Shown: piece by piece, positions 1-8,156 of the stretch | How the letters are laid out: the number at the start of each line of letters is the position of its first letter | How positions within the stretch are numbered: the stretch's first letter is position 1 | DNA from: Vicinamibacterales bacterium | Lineage (GTDB): Bacteria; Acidobacteriota; Vicinamibacteria; Vicinamibacterales; UBA8438 | NCBI GenBank assembly: GCA_965200895.1 | Contig: CBDAVM010000002.1 | Location: forward strand, 1,701,089 to 1,765,088 | Length of the DNA: 64,000 nt | Direction of reading: 5' to 3' | The notes under the pieces: model-generated | The model's input: only the letters and a program-made list of their open reading frames with translations | The model's database searches: none | Told to the model about the DNA's origin: nothing | Translations under genes and position numbers: made by a program

Positions 1-744
1 GTCGTCGCAGCATGCATCCAGCGCGGAGCGGGTTTCGAGCGGCGCGACCTGCTCGTCGCGGACGTGCCATACACCGGTCGAGACCAGCGCCCCGCTGCCG
101 TCGGCCGCCGCCAGATAGGCGGTGCCGGCGTCCCAGCCCCCCCATTCGGCGAGCAGCCGCATGACGTCACGGACCGCCTGGTGGAACGACCCGGCGTCGC
201 GGCCCACCGCCATGGCGCCCTCGAGCATGCGCAACGTGTCCGCCTGCCTCGTCTCCGGCGTCTCGTCCCCGACGGCGCCGGCCGCGGGGTTCCGCGTGTC
301 GGTGACGTCCGTGTAGACGAGCAGCGTCTCGCCCTGATCGGTGGGTCGGGTTCGGATCTCGATCCAGCGTCCGTCCGGGGTCCGCAGGGTCTCGGTGGCG
401 GCCTCAGCGCGTCCTTCGAGCTGCTGCGCGATCCACTGGTCCAGCTCGGCCTCGGGTACGAGCACCACCGCACGTGTCGCGGTGTAGCGCACCAGGTCCT
501 CGAACTCGAGGCCGGGCGTCAGGGTGACCTCGGGATAGAATTCCCTGAAGCGGCCGTTGCAGGCGACGAGCCTTCCGGAGGCATCCCACACCGCCAGTCC
601 CGCCATGTCGCTCTCCAGCAGGGCCGCCAACCGCGCGCGCGTCCTGACCTCGCTCGCTCGCGCCGCGCGCAGGCGCCACACCACCGCGCCCAGCAGCAGG
701 ACCAGCAGGACCAGCAGCGAACCGACGGCGCCCCACAGGATCAT
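1..744 (-). CDS. Sensor protein, N-terminal part (TM helix + PAS-like domain + start of a GAF-like domain); 3' end lies beyond the window start
   Basis: Absent from the ORF track because it runs off the left edge. My frame check found no TTA/CTA/TCA triplets in plus frame 1 from 1 to 753, and ATG at 744-742. Translation MILWGAVGSLLVLLVLLLGAVVWRLRAAR (one TM helix), then GLAVWDASGRLVACNGRFREFYP...TPDGRWIEIRTRP (PAS-like), then FHQAVRDVMRLLAEWGGWDAGTAYLAAADGSGALV (GAF-like). Confidence 0.6.
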   Translation of the reverse strand, partial: MILWGAVGSLLVLLVLLLGAVVWRLRAARASEVRTRARLAALLESDMAGLAVWDASGRLVACNGRFREFYPEVTLTPGLEFEDLVRYTATRAVVLVPEAELDQWIAQQLEGRAEAATETLRTPDGRWIEIRTRPTDQGETLLVYTDVTDTRNPAAGAVGDETPETRQADTLRMLEGAMAVGRDAGSFHQAVRDVMRLLAEWGGWDAGTAYLAAADGSGALVSTGVWHVRDEQVAPLETRSALDACCDD

Positions 745-930
745 GGCGCGATCTTACCGGTAGCACCCGGCGCAGGCTCCGCCCGTCGGGGAACCTGCCC
801 GGCCGCGCCCTTGACACTCGATCCGGTGGACACCCGCGCGACGTTTCGCGCGCCCGTCGGGGGAGCTGACCGGGCCGCGACCCTTGACACGGTGTCCGTG
901 GCGTCGTAGCGTGAGCATCGTTGGAGACTC

Positions 931-1323
931 ATGCTGCGGATGCCACTGACGCGGTCAGGCGTTGCCCTGGTACTGGGGATCGGATTTGTCGCGCCCGCGA
1001 TGGCCGCGGCGCAGGAGTCTGACGCGGAACCGGTCGTTACAGTAGCCGCGACCCACGAGCTGCCGGTGTCTCTGGAGCGCATCAAGCGGCGGCTGGCAAC
1101 CACCCGGGAAGCGCAGGAAGGAGGCCACGGCCTGCTCAACCTGAGCTTCTACGTGGACGTCTATGCCCGCGCGCCGGCCATCGAAGTGCTCCGGGATCTC
1201 GATCCGGGGAGCGAGAGCGTACCGTACGGCGCACCGACGCATCTCGAAATGCTGGAGGCGGTGACGCCGCGCGAATGGCGGCCGAGAGCCATCAGCTCCG
1301 GAAACCTCTTCGGTTGGCGCTGA
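931..1323 (+). CDS. Hypothetical exported protein (130 aa)
   Basis: ATG preceded by GGAGA (923-927). The N-terminus MLRMPLTRSGVALVLGIGFVAPAMAAAQE looks like a Sec signal peptide with an AxA site. No family recognised. Confidence 0.5.
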   Translation: MLRMPLTRSGVALVLGIGFVAPAMAAAQESDAEPVVTVAATHELPVSLERIKRRLATTREAQEGGHGLLNLSFYVDVYARAPAIEVLRDLDPGSESVPYGAPTHLEMLEAVTPREWRPRAISSGNLFGWR

Positions 1324-1356
1324 CTCCCGCCCCCGCAAGCGCCGCGCCCTCCGCTG

Positions 1357-1608
1357 TTACGCGTCCCGCGTCCAGTGCCGCAGCGGCAGGGACACCAAGG
1401 GGTACTGCCGGCGCAGGGCGATGACGTGGCGCGAGTACTCGTGCCTTGGAATCTCGCCGCGGACCTGACGAGCGCGGAGCTGCCGCAGCTCGAATCGGTA
1501 CAGGTCGTTCACGAACCCGTGAACCAACGCCGGGAGCGTGGCGGCCGTCGGCCGGACGCCGTGGGCCTCCAGGGCCTTGAGAACCTCCGGCCGATAGTGA
1601 TAGTGCAC
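1357..1608 (-). CDS. Hypothetical small protein (83 aa)
   Basis: Track ORF 1357..1860 trimmed to GTG at 1608. GGGAGGGGAG lies directly upstream, and the longer form would overlap the aldolase gene. Product VHYHYRPEVLKALEAHGVRP...; no family recognised. Confidence 0.4.
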   Translation of the reverse strand: MHYHYRPEVLKALEAHGVRPTAATLPALVHGFVNDLYRFELRQLRARQVRGEIPRHEYSRHVIALRRQYPLVSLPLRHWTRDA

Positions 1609-1654
1609 TCCCCTCCCGGCGGCGCACGATCGCGGCCGCTTCTCGACCGGGCGC

Positions 1655-2668
1655 CTAAACGGGCTGCGCCCGGCCCGACCCGACCCCGTACGCCCCGAAC
1701 CACGACGTCGCGCCGCGCAGCGCCTGGTTGACGTTGGCGATGTTCCGCGCACCCTCCGTCGCGAGCCATTCGCGAAAAGCGTCACCGCCCTGCGTGGCGT
1801 AGACCGGGATGCCGTCCTTCCAGGTGGCCCGCCCGCACAGGACGCCGGCGAACTCGACACCGGACTCGGCCGCCAGCTCCAGCGACTCGGTGAATTCCGC
1901 GTTGCTCACCCCTGCCGACAGGTAGATGAACGGCTTCCGCGCCACCGCCGCCGCCTGCCGGAACGAGTGAATCGCCTCGTCCTTCGTGTAGACCCTCGTT
2001 CCCTGGAAGCTGCTCGCACCTTCCACGAACTTCATGTTGACCGGGATCTCCACCTTCATCACGTCGACGCCGTAGCGATCCTTGGAGAACTCGGCCATGC
2101 TGCCGGCCACCACGTCCGGCTTGCGCCTGGCGAACTCGGGTCCCTTCTCGTCGCCGCCCTCGTGGTCGTAGCCGACGAACTCCAGAAAGAACGGGATGTC
2201 GTTCGTGCGGCACTCGTCGCCGATGCGCTCGACGAACGCGTGCTTCTCCTCGTTGACCGCCGACGCATCGTGGGGCGTGTAATAGATGAGCACCTTGATG
2301 CAGTCGGCGCCGGCCGCCTTGAGCCGCCGCACCGACCACTGCGGGAGCAGGTCGGGCAGCCGGCCGGGACGCGTGTTGTCGTAGCCGCTCTCCTCGTAGG
2401 CCAGCAGGAGGCCGGCGTTCGCACTCCGCTGCTTCGACGCCTCGAGACCCCACTGCGGATCGAGCAGTATCGCCGACGCGTGCGGGGTGAGCGCCGCGGT
2501 CACTATCGACTTGAACTCCTCGAGCATCGCGTCGGTCGCCTCGCCGCCGCTGGCCCTGCCGAGCGCCTTCTTCAGCGATCCGCGCTGGTCCATCGCGGCG
2601 GCTGCAATCGTGCCGGTCGTCGTCGATACCGCTCTCATTCCGGCGAGCTTTCCTCGTGTGATCTCCAC
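1655..2668 (-). CDS. lacD: Tagatose-1,6-bisphosphate aldolase, LacD-type class I aldolase
   Basis: 337 aa, colinear with LacD-family aldolases as I recall them. Motifs: AMDQRGSLKK, LLLAYEESGYD, RLKAAGADCIKVLIYY, IPFFLEFVGYD, GVDVMKVEIPVN, YLSAGVS, FAGVLCGRATW. GTG start with GGAGGGGG about 9 nt upstream. Confidence 0.85.
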   Translation of the reverse strand: MEITRGKLAGMRAVSTTTGTIAAAAMDQRGSLKKALGRASGGEATDAMLEEFKSIVTAALTPHASAILLDPQWGLEASKQRSANAGLLLAYEESGYDNTRPGRLPDLLPQWSVRRLKAAGADCIKVLIYYTPHDASAVNEEKHAFVERIGDECRTNDIPFFLEFVGYDHEGGDEKGPEFARRKPDVVAGSMAEFSKDRYGVDVMKVEIPVNMKFVEGASSFQGTRVYTKDEAIHSFRQAAAVARKPFIYLSAGVSNAEFTESLELAAESGVEFAGVLCGRATWKDGIPVYATQGGDAFREWLATEGARNIANVNQALRGATSWFGAYGVGSGRAQPV

Positions 2669-2721
2669 GTCTGGTCTACCCCCTCCGTCGGGTCCACGCG
2701 CCCACTGGCGAACCGGTTGTC

Positions 2722-2786
2722 GTCATTGATAACTATTAGCAACACTCATACGTTGCGCTTGGTATTATACTGGAAACTCATATCGC
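2722..2786. promoter_or_regulatory. AT-rich divergent intergenic patch between lacD-like and slt-like genes (probable promoter/operator region)
   Basis: cattgataactattagcaacactcatacgttgcgcttggtattatactggaaactcatatc is strikingly AT-rich in a ~70% GC background. It contains TTGATA-17nt-TACGTT on the plus strand and TATAAT on the minus strand. No experimental support. Confidence 0.3.
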
Positions 2787-2817
2787 ACCCGGCTTCGCGC
2801 CGAGGAAGGGACATGCC

Positions 2818-2955
2818 GTGCCACCAGCGACGACACACCGCGGCGCCGCCTTCTTCGTCTGCCTCGCTTGGCTCGCGTGCCTTTTCCCCGCTGGCGGCGC
2901 GGCGGCGCAGGAAGCCGACACACGCGGCAGCCTCCGACTGCCGTCCCCGACCTGA
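2818..2955 (+). other. Signal-peptide-encoding segment in the same frame as the slt-like ORF, ending at an in-frame TGA (2953-2955)
   Basis: GTG at 2818 sits 6 nt after GAGGAAGGGA. It translates to VPPATTHRGAAFFVCLAWLACLFPAGGAAAQEA (classic Sec signal, AxA site). This is frame 1, the same frame as ORF 3001..5061. Confidence 0.45.
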
Positions 2956-3000
2956 CCCGACGCCGTCGCACACCTGCGCGCGGGCCGGCCCGGCGACGGA

Positions 3001-5061
3001 TTGGCCGCTCTGGAGCGGGACGCCGCGGTTGCGCGGAGCGGCTCCGAGCCTCCGCTGGAGCGGGCCATCCTGCGCGCCACGCTGCTCGCCGCGGCCGGTC
3101 GGGCGGTGGCAGCGGAATCCGCCTGGCGCGAGGTAATCGCACGTGCGGTCTTCATGCGCACCTTCGCGCGGCGCGCCATCGTCGAGAGCGCGGCGGGTCG
3201 GGACGCGCCGGACGTCGCCGCGCCCGTGCTCGCCGAGCTGATCCGCAGCGATCCGGTTCGCCACCGCGATCTGGTCCTGCGCGTAGCCGCAGCGCACCTG
3301 ACCGCGGGTGCGCCGCGACGCGCGGCGGCGCTCTACCGGCAGGTGCTCGACGCAACCACGTCGAGCGCGGCGGCGGACACCGCCCGTCTGGGACTCGCGG
3401 CGGCGCTCGAAGCCGGCGGTGACGACGCCCGGGCCCTGGCCACGCTGCGGACGGCGCAACTGCGTCACCGCACGGCAGACGCGTTCGAGGCGGCGCGGCG
3501 CGAGGCCCGGCGGCTGGCGCGCGCCCGTGGTGAGACGATCCCGCCGTTCACCGAGTCCGAGTACGGGGGCCTGGTCCGACGGCTGCGCGGCGCGTCCCGC
3601 TTCGAGCCCGCGCTCGCCCTGCTCGACGAATGGGCGGCGGCGTTCCCGGACCGTGCGTCGCAGGAGCGCATGGCCGCAGAACGGATCGAGACGCTGTACG
3701 CGCAACGCGACAACGAGGCCGCGGTCCTGGCCAGCGCCGCCTTCCATGACCGTTTCCCGTCCAGCACGATGGCGCCCGCCATTCGGTTGACCGACTTCCG
3801 ACTGGCCGTGCGCATGGGCGACATGACGCGCGCCCGCCGGCTCGGAGGCGACATCTGGCACCGGCGCGTGCCCGGCGCCACAGCAGCCCAACGCCGGGGG
3901 GCCGGCGTCCTGCTGGCCGCCGCGCTGGTGGCAACCGGTGACGTGACCGGCGGTCTCGCCTTCTTCCCCGGCCTGTTCGAGACGGCGCCTTCCCCCGACG
4001 ACGAGCGCGCGATCCTCTGGCGGGCCGGGGTCGCCGCGGTGCGCGTCGGACGATACGACCGGGCGCTGACCAACCTCCGCGGACTGCTCCAGCGAGAGCC
4101 GGGCGGGGAGCTGGCGCTCGCCGGCCGCTACTGGCTGGGCGTCGCCCACGAGCAGCGCGGCGATCACGCCGCGGCCACCGGTGTCTTCGAGACACTGGCC
4201 ACGCGCCACCCGTACCACTACTACGGGCTGACGGCGCGGCGGCGGCTCGTCGAGCTCCGCGGGCAGCCGGACGGCGGCCTCGACGCCCCCACGCCCCTCG
4301 ACTTTCCGCGTCTGGCCGTCAGCCCCACATCGCGCCAACGCGCGGAGTTCCGCGCTGCGATGGCCCTGGCGCGGGCCGGGCTGGTGGCCGATGCGGCGTG
4401 GTACCTGCGGCGCCTGCTCGACCGCCGCCGCGGCGACCGGGGGCTGGCCCTGCTCGCGGCCCGCGCCTCGTCTCAGGCCGGCGACCACGCGAGCGCCGCG
4501 CGGGTGCTCTTCGACCACTTCACGGCCTGGTTCCTCCGGCCGGGGCGCGGACTGCCGGACGACTTCCTGTCGATGGCCTACCCCCGCCCGTTCTGGGACA
4601 CGGTCGTCGAACAGGCCCGCGTCCACGGCGCCGACCCGGTGCTGCTGGTGTCGCTGATGCGACGTGAATCGCGCTTCGACCCGGCGGCGCGCTCCGCGGT
4701 GGGCGCGGTCGGGCTGCTGCAGATCATGCCCTATACCGCCGAGGCGATCGCCGAGCGGGCCGGCGTCGGTGCGATCCTGGCGGGCGGCATCGACGATGCC
4801 GTGCTGGCCGAGCCGCGCGTCAACATCGCGCTCGCGGCGCGCCTGAACGCCGACATGCTGGCGCTGTTCGACGGTGAACGTCTGCCGGTGATCGCCTCCT
4901 ACAACGCCGGCGAGGAACGTGCCGGCGACTGGTGGACCGCCGCGCGCGGCCTGCGCGACGACTTCTTCGTCGACAGCATCCCGTACACGGAGACCCGCAA
5001 CTTCGCCCGCGAAGTGATCGCGAACTACGCCGCCTACCAGCGAATCTACGGCGCCCGGTAG
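3001..5061 (+). CDS. slt: Soluble lytic murein transglycosylase (Slt70-like: helical N-terminal region + SLT catalytic domain)
   Basis: C-terminal SLT motifs LLVSLMRRESRFDPAARSAVGAVGLLQIMPYTA and ASYNAGEERA. The long Ala/Leu/Arg-rich helical repeat N-terminal region resembles Slt70. This ORF has no signal peptide; see 2818..2955. Confidence 0.8.
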   Translation: MAALERDAAVARSGSEPPLERAILRATLLAAAGRAVAAESAWREVIARAVFMRTFARRAIVESAAGRDAPDVAAPVLAELIRSDPVRHRDLVLRVAAAHLTAGAPRRAAALYRQVLDATTSSAAADTARLGLAAALEAGGDDARALATLRTAQLRHRTADAFEAARREARRLARARGETIPPFTESEYGGLVRRLRGASRFEPALALLDEWAAAFPDRASQERMAAERIETLYAQRDNEAAVLASAAFHDRFPSSTMAPAIRLTDFRLAVRMGDMTRARRLGGDIWHRRVPGATAAQRRGAGVLLAAALVATGDVTGGLAFFPGLFETAPSPDDERAILWRAGVAAVRVGRYDRALTNLRGLLQREPGGELALAGRYWLGVAHEQRGDHAAATGVFETLATRHPYHYYGLTARRRLVELRGQPDGGLDAPTPLDFPRLAVSPTSRQRAEFRAAMALARAGLVADAAWYLRRLLDRRRGDRGLALLAARASSQAGDHASAARVLFDHFTAWFLRPGRGLPDDFLSMAYPRPFWDTVVEQARVHGADPVLLVSLMRRESRFDPAARSAVGAVGLLQIMPYTAEAIAERAGVGAILAGGIDDAVLAEPRVNIALAARLNADMLALFDGERLPVIASYNAGEERAGDWWTAARGLRDDFFVDSIPYTETRNFAREVIANYAAYQRIYGAR

Positions 5062-5102
5062 CTGTGTCCGGGGACGAAATGGCTGTCACAGGGCACTGTG
5101 AC

Positions 5103-5287
5103 GCGCTCGGTACCCGACCGCCGCAGCGGCGGCGCCGACGGCCGCACCGAGCGCGCACCTCGTCGATCGTGATCGCGCGCTCAGTACCCCGACTGCCGCA
5201 GCGTCGGTGCCGCGCGTCTCGCCGATGGTCGTCATGACCGGGCGCAAACGCTGCGCTCAGTACCCGACCGCCGCAGCGTCGGCGCGG
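5103..5287. repeat. Three direct copies (~35 bp, ~70-bp period) of the 3' end of ggt
   Basis: GCGCTC(A/G)GTACCC(C)GAC(C/T)GCCGCAGCG(G/T)CGG starts at 5103, 5177 and 5253. The third copy contains the real ggt stop (tca at 5257-5259). Confidence 0.6.
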
Positions 5288-7056
5288 CGGGGATCGGCCG
5301 CTCCCTCCAGCACATCAGCATCGGCGTCGAGGACGATCGCGTGCGCCGCACCCTGGCTCGCACGAGCGGTCAGCACGTGGCCGCGCGCCTCGAGCAGCGC
5401 CACGGTGTCCGGCGACAGGCCGCGCCGCTCGTGGACGAGACGGTCGGGCAGCCACTGGTGGTGGAAGCGCGGCGCATCGACTGCCTCCTGCACGTTCATC
5501 CCGAAGTCGATGACGTGCAGGATCGTGTGCAGCACCGTGTTGATGATGGTGCGTCCGCCGGGACTCCCGGTGACCATGAACAGGCGGCCGTCCTTCGAGA
5601 CGATTGTGGGGGTCATGCTCGACAGCATGCGCTTGCCCGGCGCTGCAAGGTTCGGCACGGTGCCGATGAGGCCGTTGGCGGTGGTCAGACCGGGCGCGGC
5701 GTTGAAGTCGCCCATCTCGTTGTTGAGCAGAAAGCCCGCTTCCGGCACGACGATCTTCGAACCGTAGGACTGCTCCAGGGTCGTGGTCAGGGCTACGGCG
5801 TTGCGCTCGGCGTCGACCACCGACACGTGCGTCGTCTCCTGGCCGACCGCCGGCCACGCGAACGTCTCGGGACCGGACCGCGACGCGCGGTCGTCGTCGA
5901 TGGTGGCCCGCAGCTCCGCCGCGTAGTCCTTCGACACGAGCCGCAGCAACGGCATCGACGGGTTGAAGTCGGGATCCCCCAGGTGCCGGGCGCGGTCGGC
6001 GAAGCCGCGCCGCATCGCCTCGGCGATGCGGTGGACGTTGCGCGCCGAGCCGTAGCCGGCGGCCCGCAGGTCGTAGCCTTCGAGCACGTTCAGCATCTGC
6101 ACGAGGGTGACGCCGCCGGAGCTGGGTGGCGGCATGGACACGATCTCGTGCCCGCGATAGAGGCCCCGTATCGGATCGCGGACCCGCGGCTCGTAGGCGG
6201 CGAGATCCGCCTCGGTGATCAACCCGCCATGCGCCGCCATCTCGCGCGCGATCAGCGCCGCGGTCCGCCCGCGGTAGAAGCCGTCCGGCCCATCGGCCGC
6301 GATCCGCTCCAGGGTCGCCGCGAGCTCCGGCTGGCGGAAGCGCGCGCCGGCGGCGTACGGCGCGCCGGCGGCGGAGAACGCGGCGACCGAGGCCGGATAC
6401 CGCGCCATGCGCGGCAGGACGGCGGCCAGTGATGCCGCACGCGCCCAGGTGAGCACGAACCCGTCACGTGCGAGCGCGATCGCCGGCTCCACCAGCCGCC
6501 GCCACGAGAGACGCCCGTGGTCGCTCCAGGCGCGATGGAGACCGGCGACCGTACCGGGCACGCCGACCGCGACGTGGCTGTCGTGATGCCGCGCGAAGTC
6601 GTAGGCGCCGTCGGTGAGAAACATCTCTGCCGACGCGGCCGCCGGGGCGGTCTCGCGGAAGTCGTACGCGGCGGCCGAGCCGTCCGCCGCACGATGGACG
6701 AGGAACCCGCCGCCGCCGATGTTGCCCGCCGCCGGCAGCGTCACCGAGAGCGCGAACGCAGTGGCGACCGCCGCGTCGACCGCCGATCCGCCGGCCTGCA
6801 ACACGTCGCGGCCCACTTCGGCCGCCACCCGGTCGGAGGCCACCACCATGCCCTGCCGCGTCCGCACCGGCTCGGAGCTGCCGCCGACGGTGGCGACGCA
6901 CAGAGCGCCCGCCGTGACGACCGCGAGCAGGCTCCGCCAGCGACGGGGCGCCCGCGAACGTTCCGCCGACACGTGGGCGGGGGCTCCGACCGCGCGACCG
7001 CCCTGCGTGCCGTCGCGCCCGTCGGCCGCGCGCGTGTGAACGGGCCTCATCACCAT
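5257..7056 (-). CDS. ggt: Gamma-glutamyltranspeptidase
   Basis: GGT motifs including the autoprocessing site region GQETTHVSVVDAERNAVALTTTLEQSYGS, plus FLLNNEMGDF and MLSSMTPTIV. Track ORF trimmed to ATG 7056 (MVMRPVH...), which precedes the signal-like WRSLLAVVTAGALCVATVGG. Confidence 0.85.
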   Translation of the reverse strand: MVMRPVHTRAADGRDGTQGGRAVGAPAHVSAERSRAPRRWRSLLAVVTAGALCVATVGGSSEPVRTRQGMVVASDRVAAEVGRDVLQAGGSAVDAAVATAFALSVTLPAAGNIGGGGFLVHRAADGSAAAYDFRETAPAAASAEMFLTDGAYDFARHHDSHVAVGVPGTVAGLHRAWSDHGRLSWRRLVEPAIALARDGFVLTWARAASLAAVLPRMARYPASVAAFSAAGAPYAAGARFRQPELAATLERIAADGPDGFYRGRTAALIAREMAAHGGLITEADLAAYEPRVRDPIRGLYRGHEIVSMPPPSSGGVTLVQMLNVLEGYDLRAAGYGSARNVHRIAEAMRRGFADRARHLGDPDFNPSMPLLRLVSKDYAAELRATIDDDRASRSGPETFAWPAVGQETTHVSVVDAERNAVALTTTLEQSYGSKIVVPEAGFLLNNEMGDFNAAPGLTTANGLIGTVPNLAAPGKRMLSSMTPTIVSKDGRLFMVTGSPGGRTIINTVLHTILHVIDFGMNVQEAVDAPRFHHQWLPDRLVHERRGLSPDTVALLEARGHVLTARASQGAAHAIVLDADADVLEGAADPRRADAAAVGY

Positions 7057-7235
7057 CAGGATACACGGCTCGCAGCGGCACCGGCAGCCGGACGTGACGG
7101 TCGCTACTCGGCAGGAAACAGCCGGAGGCCACACGACCGGACACTGTAGACTGCCACTCCTGGACGGGCAGGCAGGAAACCACCGGTGCGAGCGCCGGTC
7201 ACCCCCCTGCGCACTGCAACAGAAGCGGATCAACG

Positions 7236-7586
7236 ATGCGCGCCAGTGACGTGACCGTGCTGCGGGCCCCGGCACCCTGTTCCTTCGAGGAGCTGCGCCG
7301 GCGCGCCGTTCCCGTGCTGCAGGAGGCTGGCGCCCACCGCGCCGTCGTCTTCGGATCGTGGGCGCGGGGCGAGGCGGACGGCTTCTCCGACCTGGACCTC
7401 GTCGTGGTGCTGGAGAGCGACGGGCCGCGCGCCGGGCGCAGCCTCGATCTCACCCGGCGGCTCGACGACGCACTCCCTGTCGTCGTCGACCTGCTCGTCT
7501 ACGACCCGGCGGAGTTCGCTGCAGGCGAGGCGCGCGGTCGCGGCGTGTTCGATGCGCTGGCGCGCGACGGCCTCGTGATCCTGTGA
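7236..7586 (+). CDS. Minimal nucleotidyltransferase (MNT), antitoxin-type partner of HEPN
   Basis: VVFGSWARGEADGFSDLDLVVVL matches the GSxxRGxxxxxSDxDLxV polymerase-beta-fold NTase motif. 116 aa, followed by a HEPN-like ORF. Confidence 0.8.
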   Translation: MRASDVTVLRAPAPCSFEELRRRAVPVLQEAGAHRAVVFGSWARGEADGFSDLDLVVVLESDGPRAGRSLDLTRRLDDALPVVVDLLVYDPAEFAAGEARGRGVFDALARDGLVIL

Positions 7587-7667
7587 TTCGCCCCATGACG
7601 AGCGGGAACTGGCGTCCGCGACGTGTCCACTCTCCGCCGCATGGCGCGGCAAGCCTGTGACCCGGTC

Positions 7668-8057
7668 ATGACGAGCATGGACGAGGCGCGGCGGTGGCTG
7701 CAGGCGGCCGAAGACGATCTGCGCTTCGCCCGTTTCGCTGCGGACGGCGGGTTCTTCGCGCAGGCGTGCTTCCACGCCCAACAGGCGGCAGAGAAGGCGG
7801 TCAAGGCGGTCCACTACGCCGGCGGCGCGCGGGCGGTCCCGCTCTCCGCACCGATGGCTCACAGCCCGCGGATGGCCGGTGCGCCTGTGAACCGCCAGCG
7901 CCACCGGCGCTCCTCCTCTACGACCGGGGCGGTTCCCGGAACACGTGAGATCACGGCGGGAGACCGGCGTGGGCGGCTCCGGCGACCGCGGCGCCGCCGG
8001 CGCGCGGCGCCCCACCCACACCGCTGGACGTTGAGCGGGGCGGGCCACTTCGTGTAG
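7668..8057 (+). pseudogene. HEPN domain protein, only the N-terminal half recognisable (probable frameshift decay or assembly error)
   Basis: MDEARRWLQAAEDDLRFARFAADGGFFAQACFHAQQAAEKAVKAVHYAGG is a typical HEPN helix pair. After about aa 55 the frame becomes Arg-rich nonsense. An RFPE (RYPD-like) motif appears only in another frame near 7930. Confidence 0.5.
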
Positions 8058-8156
8058 CCTGCCGGACACACCGGAGGGTGCAAGACGCCATCGACATATC
8101 CGGGGACCGCGTCACCGTCGGCCGACCGCCCGGACATCAAGCAAGGGGATATCGAT

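Noticed and set aside
64-909. 281-aa plus-strand ORF at the window start
   Set aside because: The opposite strand (1..744) encodes a TM + PAS-like protein with a clean ATG and an upstream in-frame stop. The plus-strand product has no recognisable features.
2953-2955. Selenocysteine or recoded TGA in the slt-like gene
   Set aside because: I could see no obvious SECIS-like hairpin immediately downstream. Lytic transglycosylases are not selenoproteins, and TGA is used as a normal stop by many genes in the window. A mutation or sequencing error is the simpler explanation.
2746-4626. 626-aa minus-strand ORF
   Set aside because: Antisense to the Slt-like gene, whose C-terminal SLT catalytic motifs fix the coding strand.
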